Positions 50,530 through 60,812 are shown, counted from the stretch's first letter. The stretch is DNA of 64,000 bases from an uncultured delta proteobacterium (GCA_963761995.1 CAVXIU010000014.1:13622-77621), one strand, 5' to 3'. Notes: generated by a model not told the origin, from the letters alone. Numbers and translations are program-made.

Positions 50530-51243
50530 ATGTCACCGCCCCACATCGCAGCCCCCGTCGCTCTCATCACGGGCGGTTCGAGCGGCATCGGCGCCGCTAC
50601 CGCTCGTCAACTGCTCGATCACGGCTGGCGAGTCGCCGTGACCGGGCGCCACCGTGACCGGCTCGACCGGTTCGCCGACGGTCTCGGTCGGCCAGGCGAG
50701 GTGTCGACAATCGCTGCGGACGCCGCCGATGCCGACGCGATGGCGGCCGCCGTCGAGCACACGGTGGAAGCCTTCGGACGCCTGGACGCCGCCGTCGCCA
50801 ACGCCGGGCTCGCTAGCCACGACGGCCTCGCAGACGGTGACCCGGTCGTCTGGCGGGAGATGGTGCTCACCAACGTGCTTGGCCCCGGCCTGCTGGTCCG
50901 CTTCGCGTTGGCGCACCTCAGGAAAACTCGCGGCCGGATCGTCTTCGTCGGCAGCGTCGCTGGTCACCTCGGCATCGCCGCGAACATCTATGGCGCCACC
51001 AAGTGGGCAGTCACGGGGCTTGCGGAAAATACGCGCATGATGTGCGCGCCGGACGGAATCGGCGTCACGCTCGTCTCACCGGGCCGCGTCGCTTCCGAGT
51101 TCTGGGTGCCCGTAGGCGGCCCGCCCGAGGGCGAGATCCTCAGTTGCGACCAGCTCGCTGCGTCGATCGTGTGGGCGGTTCGCCAGCCCGCCGGCGTTGA
51201 CGTCAACACAGTCGTCGTTCGCCCAACGGGCGCGGCCATCTGA
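50530..51243 (+). CDS. SDR-family oxidoreductase
   Basis: TGGSSGIG, ANAG, YGATK, VSPG. Confidence 0.93.
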   Translation: MSPPHIAAPVALITGGSSGIGAATARQLLDHGWRVAVTGRHRDRLDRFADGLGRPGEVSTIAADAADADAMAAAVEHTVEAFGRLDAAVANAGLASHDGLADGDPVVWREMVLTNVLGPGLLVRFALAHLRKTRGRIVFVGSVAGHLGIAANIYGATKWAVTGLAENTRMMCAPDGIGVTLVSPGRVASEFWVPVGGPPEGEILSCDQLAASIVWAVRQPAGVDVNTVVVRPTGAAI

Positions 51244-51281
51244 CGGGGTTCCCGGAACACAAACGAAAGACGCGTGAACTC

Positions 51282-51851
51282 ATGAGTCAAGTGATCTACT
51301 CAATGGGCGTGTCCGCGGACGGGTTCATCGCCGACCGCGAGGGCACGTTCTTGTGGGCGGCTCCGGACGAGGAGCTGCTTCGCTTCCACATCGAGCAGAC
51401 GCGTGAGCTCGGTTGCCATGTGTGCGGCCGCAAGCTCTACGAGACGATGCTGCCCTGGGAGACGGATCCATCGATGCGCGACAACAAGCTCGGAGCCGAG
51501 TTCGCCGAGCTGTGGTCGGCGATCCCGAAGGTCGTGTTCAGCCGCACGCTTGACCGCGTCCAGGGCAACGCCCGCCTCGCACGCCGGCCGCTGACCGATG
51601 AAGTCACCTCAGCAGTCGCGTCGACCGACAAGCTCGTCTCGATCGGCGGGGCCGGTCTCGCCATGGCAGCGATCGAGCTCGACCTCGTCGACGAACTGCG
51701 AATGTTCCGCAACCCCGTCATCGTCGGCGGCGGAACGCCGTTTCTGCCGCCGGTCCAGGATGCAGTCGAGCTGGATCTGCTCGAGACGCGCACCTTCGGC
51801 TCACGCGTCGTCTACGAACGTTACGGGCGAGCCCGCCGTGACTCGGACTGA
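51282..51851 (+). CDS. Dihydrofolate reductase-like (RibD C-terminal) protein
   Basis: SADGFIA, GRKLYE, PKVVFSRTL, LVDELRMF.PVIVGGG. Confidence 0.9.
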   Translation: MSQVIYSMGVSADGFIADREGTFLWAAPDEELLRFHIEQTRELGCHVCGRKLYETMLPWETDPSMRDNKLGAEFAELWSAIPKVVFSRTLDRVQGNARLARRPLTDEVTSAVASTDKLVSIGGAGLAMAAIELDLVDELRMFRNPVIVGGGTPFLPPVQDAVELDLLETRTFGSRVVYERYGRARRDSD

Positions 51852-52299
51852 CACCGCCTGCCGGGTAATTGGCACCTCTCCGGACCGGGTGTACGCCGCA
51901 CTGATCGACCCTGAAGCCCTCGCCGTGTGGCTGCCGCCGGACGGCATGATCGGTCATTTCGAGCACTTCGACCTTCGTCCCGGCGGCTCCTATCGACTCA
52001 TCTTGACCTACGTGGACGCGTCCAGCGCACGCGGAAAGACCGCGGCCGACTCCGACACGGTCGACGCGCGGTTCTTGGAGATCATTCCGGGCGTGCGGGT
52101 TGTGCAGGTCGTCGAGTTCGTGTCCGAGAACCCCGCCTTCGACGGCACCATGACCATGACTTGGGCGATCACACCCCTCGACATCGGATCGCGGGTCGAG
52201 ATCAAGGCCGATGACGTGCCCGACGGCATCACAGCGGCAGACCACGCGGCAGGTCTGTCGTCCTCGTTGGAAAAGCTCGCCGCATACCTCGAACGCTAA
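51838..52299 (+). CDS. SRPBCC / AHSA1 family protein
   Basis: SPDRVYAALIDPEALAVWLPP, DLRPGGSYR, GLSSSLEKLAAYL. Confidence 0.88.
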   Translation: MTRTDTACRVIGTSPDRVYAALIDPEALAVWLPPDGMIGHFEHFDLRPGGSYRLILTYVDASSARGKTAADSDTVDARFLEIIPGVRVVQVVEFVSENPAFDGTMTMTWAITPLDIGSRVEIKADDVPDGITAADHAAGLSSSLEKLAAYLER

Positions 52300-52345
52300 G
52301 CAACACAGGCGCCCGCGGCGACGAGGCCGAGTCGCTCCGGTGCTA

Positions 52346-52855
52346 TTACGGCGCGCCCATCTGCCGTCTGAGTCCGAGGTCGTCCCGGATCGCGCTGTGC
52401 TCGACGGCGCGCCCATCGGCATCGAACCTCAAGACGTGACACATACGCCACTTGACGCGGTTTCCAGACGCCGGAACCCCCAGCAACTCGCCCTCGTGCC
52501 GGCCCGACATTGTCCCGATGCAGATGACAACGTCGCCGTCGACGGCGAGGTGGGCGATCTCGAAGCGCGCGTCGTGTAGCGCTGCCCAGAGACGCTCGAA
52601 CACGGCGGCCTGTCCCGCGGGTCCTCGCGGGGTTTCGGGCAACCCGGCCTCGTTGACGTACTCCTCCGCGATGAGCTCGTCGAGAACCGACAGCCGCCGT
52701 CGGTTGAACGCCTCTTCCCAGTAGCGGCGGGTCTGCCTGATCACGTCGCGCGAGATGTGACCAACGCTAATGCACGATTCGTGGTCAATATGCCGTCGCT
52801 CTACCGCGCGACCTCGTAATGAAGGCGGCGGTGCGCCCGCATCGCGACAGACCAC
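52346..52855 (-). CDS. SnoaL-like ester cyclase (true start probably near 52744-52770)
   Basis: YWEEAFNRR...LDELIAEEYV, GRHEGELLGVPASGNRV. Confidence 0.85.
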   Translation of the reverse strand: MVCRDAGAPPPSLRGRAVERRHIDHESCISVGHISRDVIRQTRRYWEEAFNRRRLSVLDELIAEEYVNEAGLPETPRGPAGQAAVFERLWAALHDARFEIAHLAVDGDVVICIGTMSGRHEGELLGVPASGNRVKWRMCHVLRFDADGRAVEHSAIRDDLGLRRQMGAP

Positions 52856-52895
52856 ACGCTCCCGGACGGCAACAAGCGGAATGCGCTCCTCTCGA

Positions 52896-53075
52896 ATGCT
52901 CGACTCCTACGTGAACGCGGCCGCGCCGCAGACGGAGCGCGCGGCCACCGACACCGGGTTCCCGCTCGATCTCGTCGTGCTCAGCGTCGCCGTGCCGCTC
53001 GGCCTCGCCTTTCTGGTCGGTAGACCAATCCTGGGCTATGCCCGGCACCGGCACCACCCGACGAGCGTCGCCTGA
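52896..53075 (+). CDS. Small hypothetical membrane peptide or gene fragment
   Basis: One TM helix; no clear RBS. Confidence 0.3.
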   Translation: MLDSYVNAAAPQTERAATDTGFPLDLVVLSVAVPLGLAFLVGRPILGYARHRHHPTSVA

Positions 53076-53154
53076 CAAGGCACCCCCAACCGGCCCCGGC
53101 GGTCTCCAGAGCCGCCGACCAACTCTCGTTCCGCGCGACTCGACGGCCGGTCGA

Positions 53155-53363
53155 CGCGGTTCAATCCGGGGAACAAATTGAGCGCAACTGCCGCCAACCT
53201 AGAACAACTCAAACCCGCTCTAGACCCCGAAACCCCGTGGGTACAACCAGATCCCTCCGGCTGGGCGCCGGGCGGTCGCAGGTTCAAATCCTGTCTCCCC
53301 GACTGAAAGCTCCTGCTCATCGCATTGTTCTGGCTCGCAGTGTAATGGCTTCCCGGGGTCCAA
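53155..53363 (+). repeat. att-like junction 4 (tRNA-Pro 3' fragment 53257-53302; loop variant CTGGGCG)
   Basis: Arm CGGGGAACAA at 53167, phased CAAC repeats, downstream CGGGGTCCAA at 53354. Confidence 0.88.
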
Positions 53364-53789
53364 TTCGCCCGCGGGTCCGGTTCTACAATCGAGCGGGGAA
53401 CCGGTGTATGGCGCCACGACGTCGCTCGCGGGCGCTTGTTCGCACCCGGTTTCGATCGCACAGGGTCGACCACGTTCGAACTGAACGTCTGTCGCCGGTT
53501 CGCGGCGTCGGTGTTGGAGCGCTCATGTCGGGTGGGCGCTCCTGTCCTGAAGACCGAGTCCAATGCGGGGCCCTGGAGGCTGAGTGGTGTCGAAGCCCAC
53601 AGTCACGGACGAGACCGGATGAAGGTCACGTTGAGCGAACGCCGCCGAGCCCACGCGCCGAACAGTCGCGGCGGGCGACGGGCAGGCGACTGCATCGGTG
53701 CGGCGTGCTTGCCCGTTTCCGTGAGCGCCTTTCCGGCGCAGGTAGAGGTCGGGCCGCACACGTTCGTGGTCGCACGCACAGCGCCGGCT

Positions 53790-54110
53790 GGCGCGGCGAG
53801 ACCGGACTGGACCTCGTCGGCGACGAGAAGGACGCCGGCCTCGTCGCAGATCGACCGCGCGGCGGCGAGTTTGCCGTCGGGCGGGATGACGACTCCGGCC
53901 TCCCCTTGGATCGGCTCGACGAGGAAGGCGACGGTGTTCTCGCCGACGCCCGAGCGCAGCGCGTCTTAGTAGCGGCGGTCCTCGACGTCGCGCACCCAGA
54001 CGCCCTCGCCACGGCAGAGCACGACGGGGAGAGGATCGTAGTTGTGGGCGCCGTGACGGTCCTCGGCTTGCACCGCTTCCTCGGCGTCGGTGCGCGAAGT
54101 CGTCGTGGGC
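53790..54110 (-). pseudogene. rocD: Ornithine aminotransferase remnant with a large internal deletion
   Basis: HGAHNYDPLPVVLCRGEGVWVRDVEDRRY, then a stop, directly joined to DALR...TVAFLVEPIQGEAGVVIPP...LLVADEVQSGL; the C-terminus is absent. Confidence 0.8.
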
Positions 54111-54187
54111 GCTGGCGTACTTGCGCCTAGGCGTTCACGAGGGCTGACGCGGTCTAGACTTGGCCGAGCGCTGGACGAGGAGCACCG

Positions 54188-55075
54188 ATGGCCAAAGCCA
54201 AGCCCAAGGGCAACGACGCGACGCGAGGCAAGCGCAGGACGGTGGCGACGAACGCGGTGCCGTCGCAGGACGGGGCGGCCCGCGCCGGTAGGCCCAAGGG
54301 CGGGGATCTGACCCGCAAGCAGTTCGACACGGAGCTGCTCAAGCTCCAGCGCGAGCTCGTGATCATGCAGGAGTACGTCAGGGCGAAGGGCCTGCGGATC
54401 GTGGTGATCTTCGAGGGGCGCGACGCGGCCGGTAAGGGCGGGGTGATCAAGCGCATCGCCGAGCGGACGAATCCCCGTGTCTGCCGCGTCGTCGCGCTCC
54501 CGGCGCCGACCGAGCGCGAGAAGACGCAATGGTATTTCCAGCGCTATGTCCCGCACCTTCCCGCCGCCGGGGAGATCGTCCTGTTCGATCGCTCGTGGTA
54601 CAACCGCGCCGGCGTCGAGCGCGTGATGGGGTTCTGCACCGAGCGCGAGTACGAGGAGTTCATGCGCTCCTGCCCGGAGTTCGAGCGCATGCTGCTGCGC
54701 TCGGGGATCCAGTTGATCAAGTACTGGTTCTCGGTCTCCGACGAGGAGCAGGAGCGTCGCTTCCAGGCGCGCGTGCGGGATCCGATGCGCCGCTGGAAGC
54801 TGAGCCCCATGGACCTCGAGTCGCGCGCCCGCTGGGTCGCCTACTCGCGGGCCAAGGATGAGATGTTCCGCTACACCGACATCAAGGTCGCGCCGTGGCA
54901 CGTAGTGGAAGCCGACGACAAGCGCCGCGCGCGGCTGAACTGCATCGCGCACCTGCTGTCGCTGATCGAGTACGAAGATCTCACCCCGCCCCCGCTCGAG
55001 CTGCCGCCGCGCGCCGAGGACGCCTACGTCCGGCCTCCGCTGGAGGAGCAGACGTTCGTGCCCCAAATCTACTGA
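54188..55075 (+). CDS. ppk2: Polyphosphate kinase 2 (class I)
   Basis: FEGRDAAGKGG Walker A, LFDRSWYNRAGVERVMGFC, WKLSPMDL. Confidence 0.96.
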   Translation: MAKAKPKGNDATRGKRRTVATNAVPSQDGAARAGRPKGGDLTRKQFDTELLKLQRELVIMQEYVRAKGLRIVVIFEGRDAAGKGGVIKRIAERTNPRVCRVVALPAPTEREKTQWYFQRYVPHLPAAGEIVLFDRSWYNRAGVERVMGFCTEREYEEFMRSCPEFERMLLRSGIQLIKYWFSVSDEEQERRFQARVRDPMRRWKLSPMDLESRARWVAYSRAKDEMFRYTDIKVAPWHVVEADDKRRARLNCIAHLLSLIEYEDLTPPPLELPPRAEDAYVRPPLEEQTFVPQIY

Positions 55076-55115
55076 ACGTCACGACCGCCGGCGAACGGCA
55101 TCCTGTCGCGCCGGC

Positions 55116-56888
55116 TTAGGGCACGACCGGCAGGCCGTCGGGCGCCCGGCCCTTCTTGGCGGCGCGCACGCTGTCATAGAAGTGCGGCGCGCCGATGAGG
55201 TCGACGAGCCCGCTCTCGAGCAGCGCGTCGTGGACCGGACCCTTGACCCGGCACATCCGCACCTCGATGCCGGCGCGCTGAACCTGCTCGGTCAGGTCGC
55301 GCACCGCATCCAGCCCGGTGAGGTCGATGTCGGAAACGGCGTCGCAGACGAGGACGAGCGCGTGGAGCGACGGCACGTGTTCGTCGACGAGGACAAGGAC
55401 AGACTGATGGAAGTAGTGCGCGTTGCCGAAGAAGATCGGTGCCTCGAAGCGCACGATCAACACGCCCTCGCGCGTCTTGGCCTCGGGATGGCGGTGGACG
55501 TCGCGATGACGCTTGCCTCCGGCGACCTTCCCCAGTACCGAGACGCGCGGGCGCGAGAGGCGGTGCAGGACGGCCAGCAGCGTGACGAGCACGCCGACCA
55601 GGATCCCGTTGAGGATCCCGAACAGGAGTGTGCCGGCGAACGCCGCGAACGCCGACCAGAACTCGGGCTGGCGCGGCACGATCCCCGCCGGACGGCCTTT
55701 CGAGTGCTGCGCGGCGCGCTGAAAGCGCAGGAGCCGGCGAAACTCCGGCAGGTCGATGAACGAGAGCACCGCCGCGATCACCACGCCGGCCAGCACCGGG
55801 TACGGGAGGTTGGCGAACAGCGGCGTGAGCACGAGCAGCGTCGCGAGGATGGCCATCTTCGTCGTCACCCCCGCGATCACCGTTCGCCCGCCGGCACCGT
55901 CCGCCAGGGCGGTCTGCGCGAAGCTCGCGTTGGAGGCATAGCCCTGGAACGCGCCGGAGGCCAGGTTCGCGACGCCAAGGGCCAGGAACTCGTCGCGCGG
56001 CTCGATCTCGTAGCGGTGCTGCCTCCCGAACGTGCGCCCGATCGCGACCGTCTCCACGAACGCGATCAGCGCGATGCCCGCCGCGGCGGGGATGAGCCGC
56101 TCGATGTCCTCATAGGCGATGGACGGAATTGCCGGTGCCGGCAGTCCGCTCGGCACCTCCCCGACCACGCGCACTGCGTCCTGGAGCCCGAGGACGGCAA
56201 CCAGCAGCGTCGCCGCGGCGACCACGAGCAGCTCCCGCGGCCAGCGTGGGCGCCATCGGCGTATGGCGAGCAGCGCGATCAGCGCACCGACGCCGATCGC
56301 CATCGACGCGGCGTCGATCTGGCCCGCGTGCTTTCCCAGACCACCGACTGTCCTCTGGAACGTCCTGGTGCTGATGCCGCTGACGCCGACGAGGTTCGGA
56401 AGCTGCGCCGCGATGATGACGAGCGACATCGCTGCGGTGAATCCAACGAGCACCGGTCGCGAGAGCAGGTCCGCGAGGAACCCGAGGTGGAGAACCCAAG
56501 CGAGGAGCATGACCGCCGCGACCTCGAGTGCGAGAACGGATGCAAGCCCCGTCGCGCGGGCGATGTCCCCGTGCGCCATGGGCGCGATCGCGGCCGCCGT
56601 GAGGATCGAGCTCGTCGATGTCGGTCCTACCTGGGCTTGGCGGATCGAGCCCGCCAACCCGTAGGCGAGCCCGGCGACCGCCGACGCGTAGAGGCCGACA
56701 ATCGGCGGCAGCCCCGCCAGGCCGGCATACGCGAGACCGCCGGGCACCGCTGCCGCCCACACCGCCAAGCCGGCGCCCGCGTCCCGGCGGAAGTCGCGAC
56801 TGCGGTACCCGTGCAGTGTGCTGAGCGGCGGCAGGAGCCGCTCCAACTTCCGCGCCCGCGGCGCGCCCGACTCCGGCGCGGTCGCCAC
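55116..56888 (-). CDS. sulP: SulP-family anion permease with STAS domain
   Basis: DAGAGL...VPGGLAYAGLAGLPPIVGLY, VGPTS, RFEAPIFFGNA, DIDLTG. Confidence 0.93.
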   Translation of the reverse strand: MATAPESGAPRARKLERLLPPLSTLHGYRSRDFRRDAGAGLAVWAAAVPGGLAYAGLAGLPPIVGLYASAVAGLAYGLAGSIRQAQVGPTSTSSILTAAAIAPMAHGDIARATGLASVLALEVAAVMLLAWVLHLGFLADLLSRPVLVGFTAAMSLVIIAAQLPNLVGVSGISTRTFQRTVGGLGKHAGQIDAASMAIGVGALIALLAIRRWRPRWPRELLVVAAATLLVAVLGLQDAVRVVGEVPSGLPAPAIPSIAYEDIERLIPAAAGIALIAFVETVAIGRTFGRQHRYEIEPRDEFLALGVANLASGAFQGYASNASFAQTALADGAGGRTVIAGVTTKMAILATLLVLTPLFANLPYPVLAGVVIAAVLSFIDLPEFRRLLRFQRAAQHSKGRPAGIVPRQPEFWSAFAAFAGTLLFGILNGILVGVLVTLLAVLHRLSRPRVSVLGKVAGGKRHRDVHRHPEAKTREGVLIVRFEAPIFFGNAHYFHQSVLVLVDEHVPSLHALVLVCDAVSDIDLTGLDAVRDLTEQVQRAGIEVRMCRVKGPVHDALLESGLVDLIGAPHFYDSVRAAKKGRAPDGLPVVP

Positions 56889-57580
56889 CGCCCGACTCTA
56901 CTTAGCCTGCGGCCGGCGCGCGGCCGATGCCCTCACGGGGAGTTCGTCGAAGTCGAAGTCCGCCGGGGCCGGGGCCGGCGGCGGCGCCTCGAGCCGGACC
57001 TCGGGCAGTCACCGGAGCCACCGCGGGAGGTACAGCACCGCCTGGGCTCGCCCCGAGCGTGTCCGGGATGATCTAGTCCCGGAGCATGCAGAGCGCCCGG
57101 TTGGAGGTGGTGTTCGTACCGGTGCCCTCCAGCGGGATGGACACGATCGCGAGCCCGCGGCCGGGGTTGACCATGACCGGCGTGCGATCGCTCATGAGAC
57201 CGGTGTCGACGGCGTCGATGCGCAGGCGCTCGATCACGCCGTCGACCGACCCCGCGGGGACGTCGCGCGCCTGCACGGTCCCGAACGCCGGCAGCGTCCG
57301 GCGAGAAGGCCGCCTGGATGGCTCGGGGTTGTCCAGAACTACGGGCCGAAAGCCGTGGTTCCTACGCTTGCGGCCGGCGACGCGGTGGCCGAATATGCAA
57401 CGCAACGGCTCGCCTCATAAGGAGTGGCCACCTCGGAAGAGGGGCCCCCAGCCGGAGAGGAACGGGCCGCAGATCCACCGCAGAGCCCGCTCGATCGAGC
57501 GGGCTCTCGGCGTTTGCGGGGGATGCGGGCAATGGCGCCGGTGGCCACGCGCGCGGCCAACGGTCGCGTTCCGTGGCTGA

Positions 57581-58069
57581 TCAGCGCGTCGGCGCCGTCA
57601 TCGCCCCGGGCTTGACTGGATGCGGGTAGGCGTCGGCGCGGGACTGGAAGGAGGATTCTCGATCACGCCGCGGCGGAGCTCGATGGCGCGCCGGATCGTC
57701 GGATCGCGATCCCACCCGGCCTCCCCGGCCATCACCGCCGGGATGAAGGGGATCAGCGCCTCGCTGATCTCCCAACTTGCCGAGCTCCACAGGTAGGACG
57801 GGGTGTGGTCGACGGCCTCATCGCAGGAGACGTTGACGAAGAGGCTGGCGGGCGCGAACCGATTGAGCTCGTCCCGGTGGACGAACGTGAGCGGGTGATC
57901 GGTGTCCTGCAGGATGCAGTTGACGAAATGTCCTGCGCGGCGAGGAACTCGGCGACCGTGGGGGGCGCGTCGCCGCCGAGCGCGACGAGCCGCCCGGGCG
58001 GCTCCGGAGCGTCTTGCGTGAGGTCCCGACCAATCCGAGCGTCAACGCCGCCGTGTCGCCCTGCGTCAT
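57581..58069 (-). pseudogene. ceo: N5-(carboxyethyl)ornithine synthase-like remnant with internal deletions
   Basis: LTLGLVGTSRK N-terminus joined to VNCILQDTDHPL...VNVSCDE|AVDHTPSYLWSSASWEISEAL...IRRAIE...SFQSR. Confidence 0.7.
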
Positions 58070-58267
58070 GCGCCGAGGTTCACAGCCGGCAGGTGTCGTC
58101 GCATCGGGGTGATGGCCGACGAGCGGCGGGGTGAGCTACTCAAATCGTGAGGACGTGGCCGGTGTCGACGCGGGTGAGTGGCGGACTACTGATCAGACAT
58201 GGGAACCCTCGCCGATGGCGGGAGGCATGGCGCACACGTAGCGTGCATCGGGAAAGGAGGTGCCGAC

Positions 58268-58699
58268 ATGACCACCACGAACGCCACTCTGCTCGACCTC
58301 AGTCAGCGCCGTGTCAACGAGGTGATGCATCAGGGAATCGTCGGCTGTGCGCCGGACACACCACTGTCGGAGGTGGCTCGGCTGATGAGCGAGCACTGCA
58401 TCCACTGCGTCGTCGTCGGCCGCCTCGCCGTCGACGGCCACGGCACACGCTTCCTGTGGGGTGTCGTGTCCGACCTCGACCTCGTCCGCACCGCCGCCGG
58501 CGGTGAGGAGACGACCGCGGGACAGATCGCAGCCACCGAGTTCGTCAGCGCCCGGCCGTCCGACTCGCTGGCGGACGTCGCGCGCATCATGGGCGAGCAC
58601 GACATCGCGCACCTGGTCGTGGTCGACGAGCGCGACCGGGAGCCGATCGGGATCATCTCCACGCTCGACCTGGCAGCCGCGGTCGCCGATACCGCCTAG
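58268..58699 (+). CDS. CBS domain-containing protein
   Basis: Paired CBS motifs (GVVSDLDL, GIISTLDL); AAGGAGG RBS. Confidence 0.9.
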   Translation: MTTTNATLLDLSQRRVNEVMHQGIVGCAPDTPLSEVARLMSEHCIHCVVVGRLAVDGHGTRFLWGVVSDLDLVRTAAGGEETTAGQIAATEFVSARPSDSLADVARIMGEHDIAHLVVVDERDREPIGIISTLDLAAAVADTA

Positions 58700-58822
58700 C
58701 GCGCCCGGTTCCACGGCCCGGTGCCAGGCACACCCGTACTCCGTACCGACGCCCCGGGTATTCCATACCGATGTTCGGGGTCGGGCCCGGCCGTACGGTC
58801 GAAGGCGACCAAGGAGGCGTTC

Positions 58823-59806
58823 ATGCCACAGACCACGGACCGGCACGCGCAGCGCCGCGCGCTTCCGGTGCTCGTGCGCGGCCGCCGCGGCGGCGGGATT
58901 GGCCGCATGCTCGGCGCGGTCTCCGCGGATGCCCGGATGCTCCGCGCGATATCGGCAGACGTTGCCCACGCCGCCGACCCGCGACGTGTCGCGCACAGGC
59001 CCCCGGCCGGCGACGCCTTCGAGCTGCGCGACCCCGAGTACATCGCGCGCACGCTGCCCGCGCTGCGAGTCATGGCGGACGTCTGGTTCCGCGCCGAGGT
59101 GCGCGGGCTGGAGAACATCCCGTCGCGCGGACCGGTGTTGCTCGTCGGCAACCACTCGGGCGGCACGTTGATCGCCGACACGTTCATCTTCTCGCAGGCG
59201 TTCTACGACCACTTCGGTCCCGAGCGTGAGTTCTTCCAGCTCGCGCATGACCTCGTGTTCAAGGCGCCGGGCATCCGGGCCATGCTCACGCCGTACGGAA
59301 CGGTGCCGGCGTCACCGGAGAACATGCGGCGCGCGCTCGCACGCGGCGCCGCGTTGCTCGTCTATCCCGGCGGCGACCACGAGACCTACCGGGCCAGCTG
59401 GCGCTCTGCCGAGATCGATTTCGCCCGCCGGACCGGCTTCGTCCGGCTCGCGTTGAAGCACGGCGTACGAATCGTCCCCGTCGTTTCGATCGGCGGCCAG
59501 GAGACGGCGCTGTTCCTCGGTCAGGGCGAGCACATCGCGCGGCTGCTGCACCTCCACCGGCTGCTGCGGATCGACGTCGCGCCGGTTCAGATCGCGCCGC
59601 CGTGGGGCGTCACGGTGCTCGACCTCCCGGGCCGCGTGCCGCTGCCGGCGAAGATCTCCATTGAGGTGCTCCCGCCCATCGACCTCTATGAGGAGCTCGG
59701 GGGCGTCGGCGGCGATCCCGACGAGGGCTACGAGCTCGTCACAGGGCGGATGCAACACGCGCTGCGTGAGCTCGACGAGGCGCGCGCGCTGCCGCTGATC
59801 GGCTGA
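58823..59806 (+). CDS. Lysophospholipid / DAG acyltransferase family protein
   Basis: LLVGNHSGG (HxxxxD region), VYPGGDHE, RTGFVRLA; AAGGAGG RBS. Confidence 0.9.
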   Translation: MPQTTDRHAQRRALPVLVRGRRGGGIGRMLGAVSADARMLRAISADVAHAADPRRVAHRPPAGDAFELRDPEYIARTLPALRVMADVWFRAEVRGLENIPSRGPVLLVGNHSGGTLIADTFIFSQAFYDHFGPEREFFQLAHDLVFKAPGIRAMLTPYGTVPASPENMRRALARGAALLVYPGGDHETYRASWRSAEIDFARRTGFVRLALKHGVRIVPVVSIGGQETALFLGQGEHIARLLHLHRLLRIDVAPVQIAPPWGVTVLDLPGRVPLPAKISIEVLPPIDLYEELGGVGGDPDEGYELVTGRMQHALRELDEARALPLIG

Positions 59807-60053
59807 GCGGGCGCGCCTCGCGGCCCGGGCGCGATCGCGAGCACGCCGTGAACACGCACTCCACGGCGACGGCGAGCACGACAGGGCGGTCGGCCGGTTT
59901 GAGGGGTTCCAGCCGTGGACGGAAGATCGGCCTCGGCGGTTCGAGGACCGGTGCGGAAAGTCCGGTCGAGCCGCGTCGAGCGAGAGGTTCCCTCTCAGCC
60001 GTGGCCGCACCGCTCGCTCGGGGACGCGACAACCGCTGTAGGTTTCACCCGAC

Positions 60054-60812
60054 GTGGCGACGGAGACCGCGAGGCGGGCTTTCGAGACGGCGCGGCACGA
60101 CCGCTGGTGGTTGCCGCCCCTCGCGAGCGGGCTGGGGCTGGCGGCCTTCGGCGTCTACGCGCTCGTGGCCGCCGCGCTGGGCGACGACTATCGCTACATC
60201 GAGGGCGGCGCCGACTACCTGTCGCCCTTCTACTCGCCTGATCTGGCGGGCTGGGGGATCGACGTCCCGTTCTCCTCGGCCTTCCTCGTGATCTGGGTCC
60301 CGCTCGCGTTCCGGGCCACGTGTTACTACTACCGGAAGGCGTACTACCGGGCGTACTTCATGGCTCCGCCGGCCTGCGCCGTGCGGTCGCCGCGCCAGGG
60401 GCGCTATCGCGGCGAGGCGGGATTCCCGTACATCCTCATGAACGCCCACCGCTACTTCCTGTTCCTCGCCACGATCGTGCTGGGGTTTCTCTGGTACGAC
60501 GCCGTGCGCGCGTTCTTCTTCGACGGCTCGTTCGGGGTGGGAGTCGGCTCGCTGGTGCTACTCGCCAACGCTGTTCTCCTGTCGCTGTTCACATTCGGCT
60601 GCAACTCGGTCCGCCACCTGGTCGGCGGCCGGCTGGACTGCTTCACCTGCTCCGTGCGCGCACGGGCGCGCCACACGCTGTGGCGCGGGGTCGGCGTGCT
60701 CAATGGCCGGCACATGGAGTGGGCGTGGATCAGCCTCGTCTGGGTCGCGCTCGCCGACCTGTACGTGCGCCTGGCGGCGGCTGGGGTCTTCGACGACCCG
60801 AGGATCGTCTGA
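60054..60812 (+). CDS. Succinate dehydrogenase membrane subunit (actinobacterial Sdh1 type)
   Basis: LSPFYSP, FRATCYYYRKAYYR, PPACAV, NAHRYF, GCNSVRH; lies upstream of sdhA. Confidence 0.85.
   Translation: MATETARRAFETARHDRWWLPPLASGLGLAAFGVYALVAAALGDDYRYIEGGADYLSPFYSPDLAGWGIDVPFSSAFLVIWVPLAFRATCYYYRKAYYRAYFMAPPACAVRSPRQGRYRGEAGFPYILMNAHRYFLFLATIVLGFLWYDAVRAFFFDGSFGVGVGSLVLLANAVLLSLFTFGCNSVRHLVGGRLDCFTCSVRARARHTLWRGVGVLNGRHMEWAWISLVWVALADLYVRLAAAGVFDDPRIV

Larger units (their letters stand above)
48063..53154. mobile_element. Integrase-free cargo module C (esterase, ArsR, SDR, DHFR-like, SRPBCC, ester cyclase)
   Basis: Bounded by junctions 3 and 4. Confidence 0.55.

Noticed and set aside
57073-57405. 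110-aa ORF as a real gene (possible P-II-like fragment)
   Set aside because: No convincing motif or RBS, and it lies among pseudogene debris.
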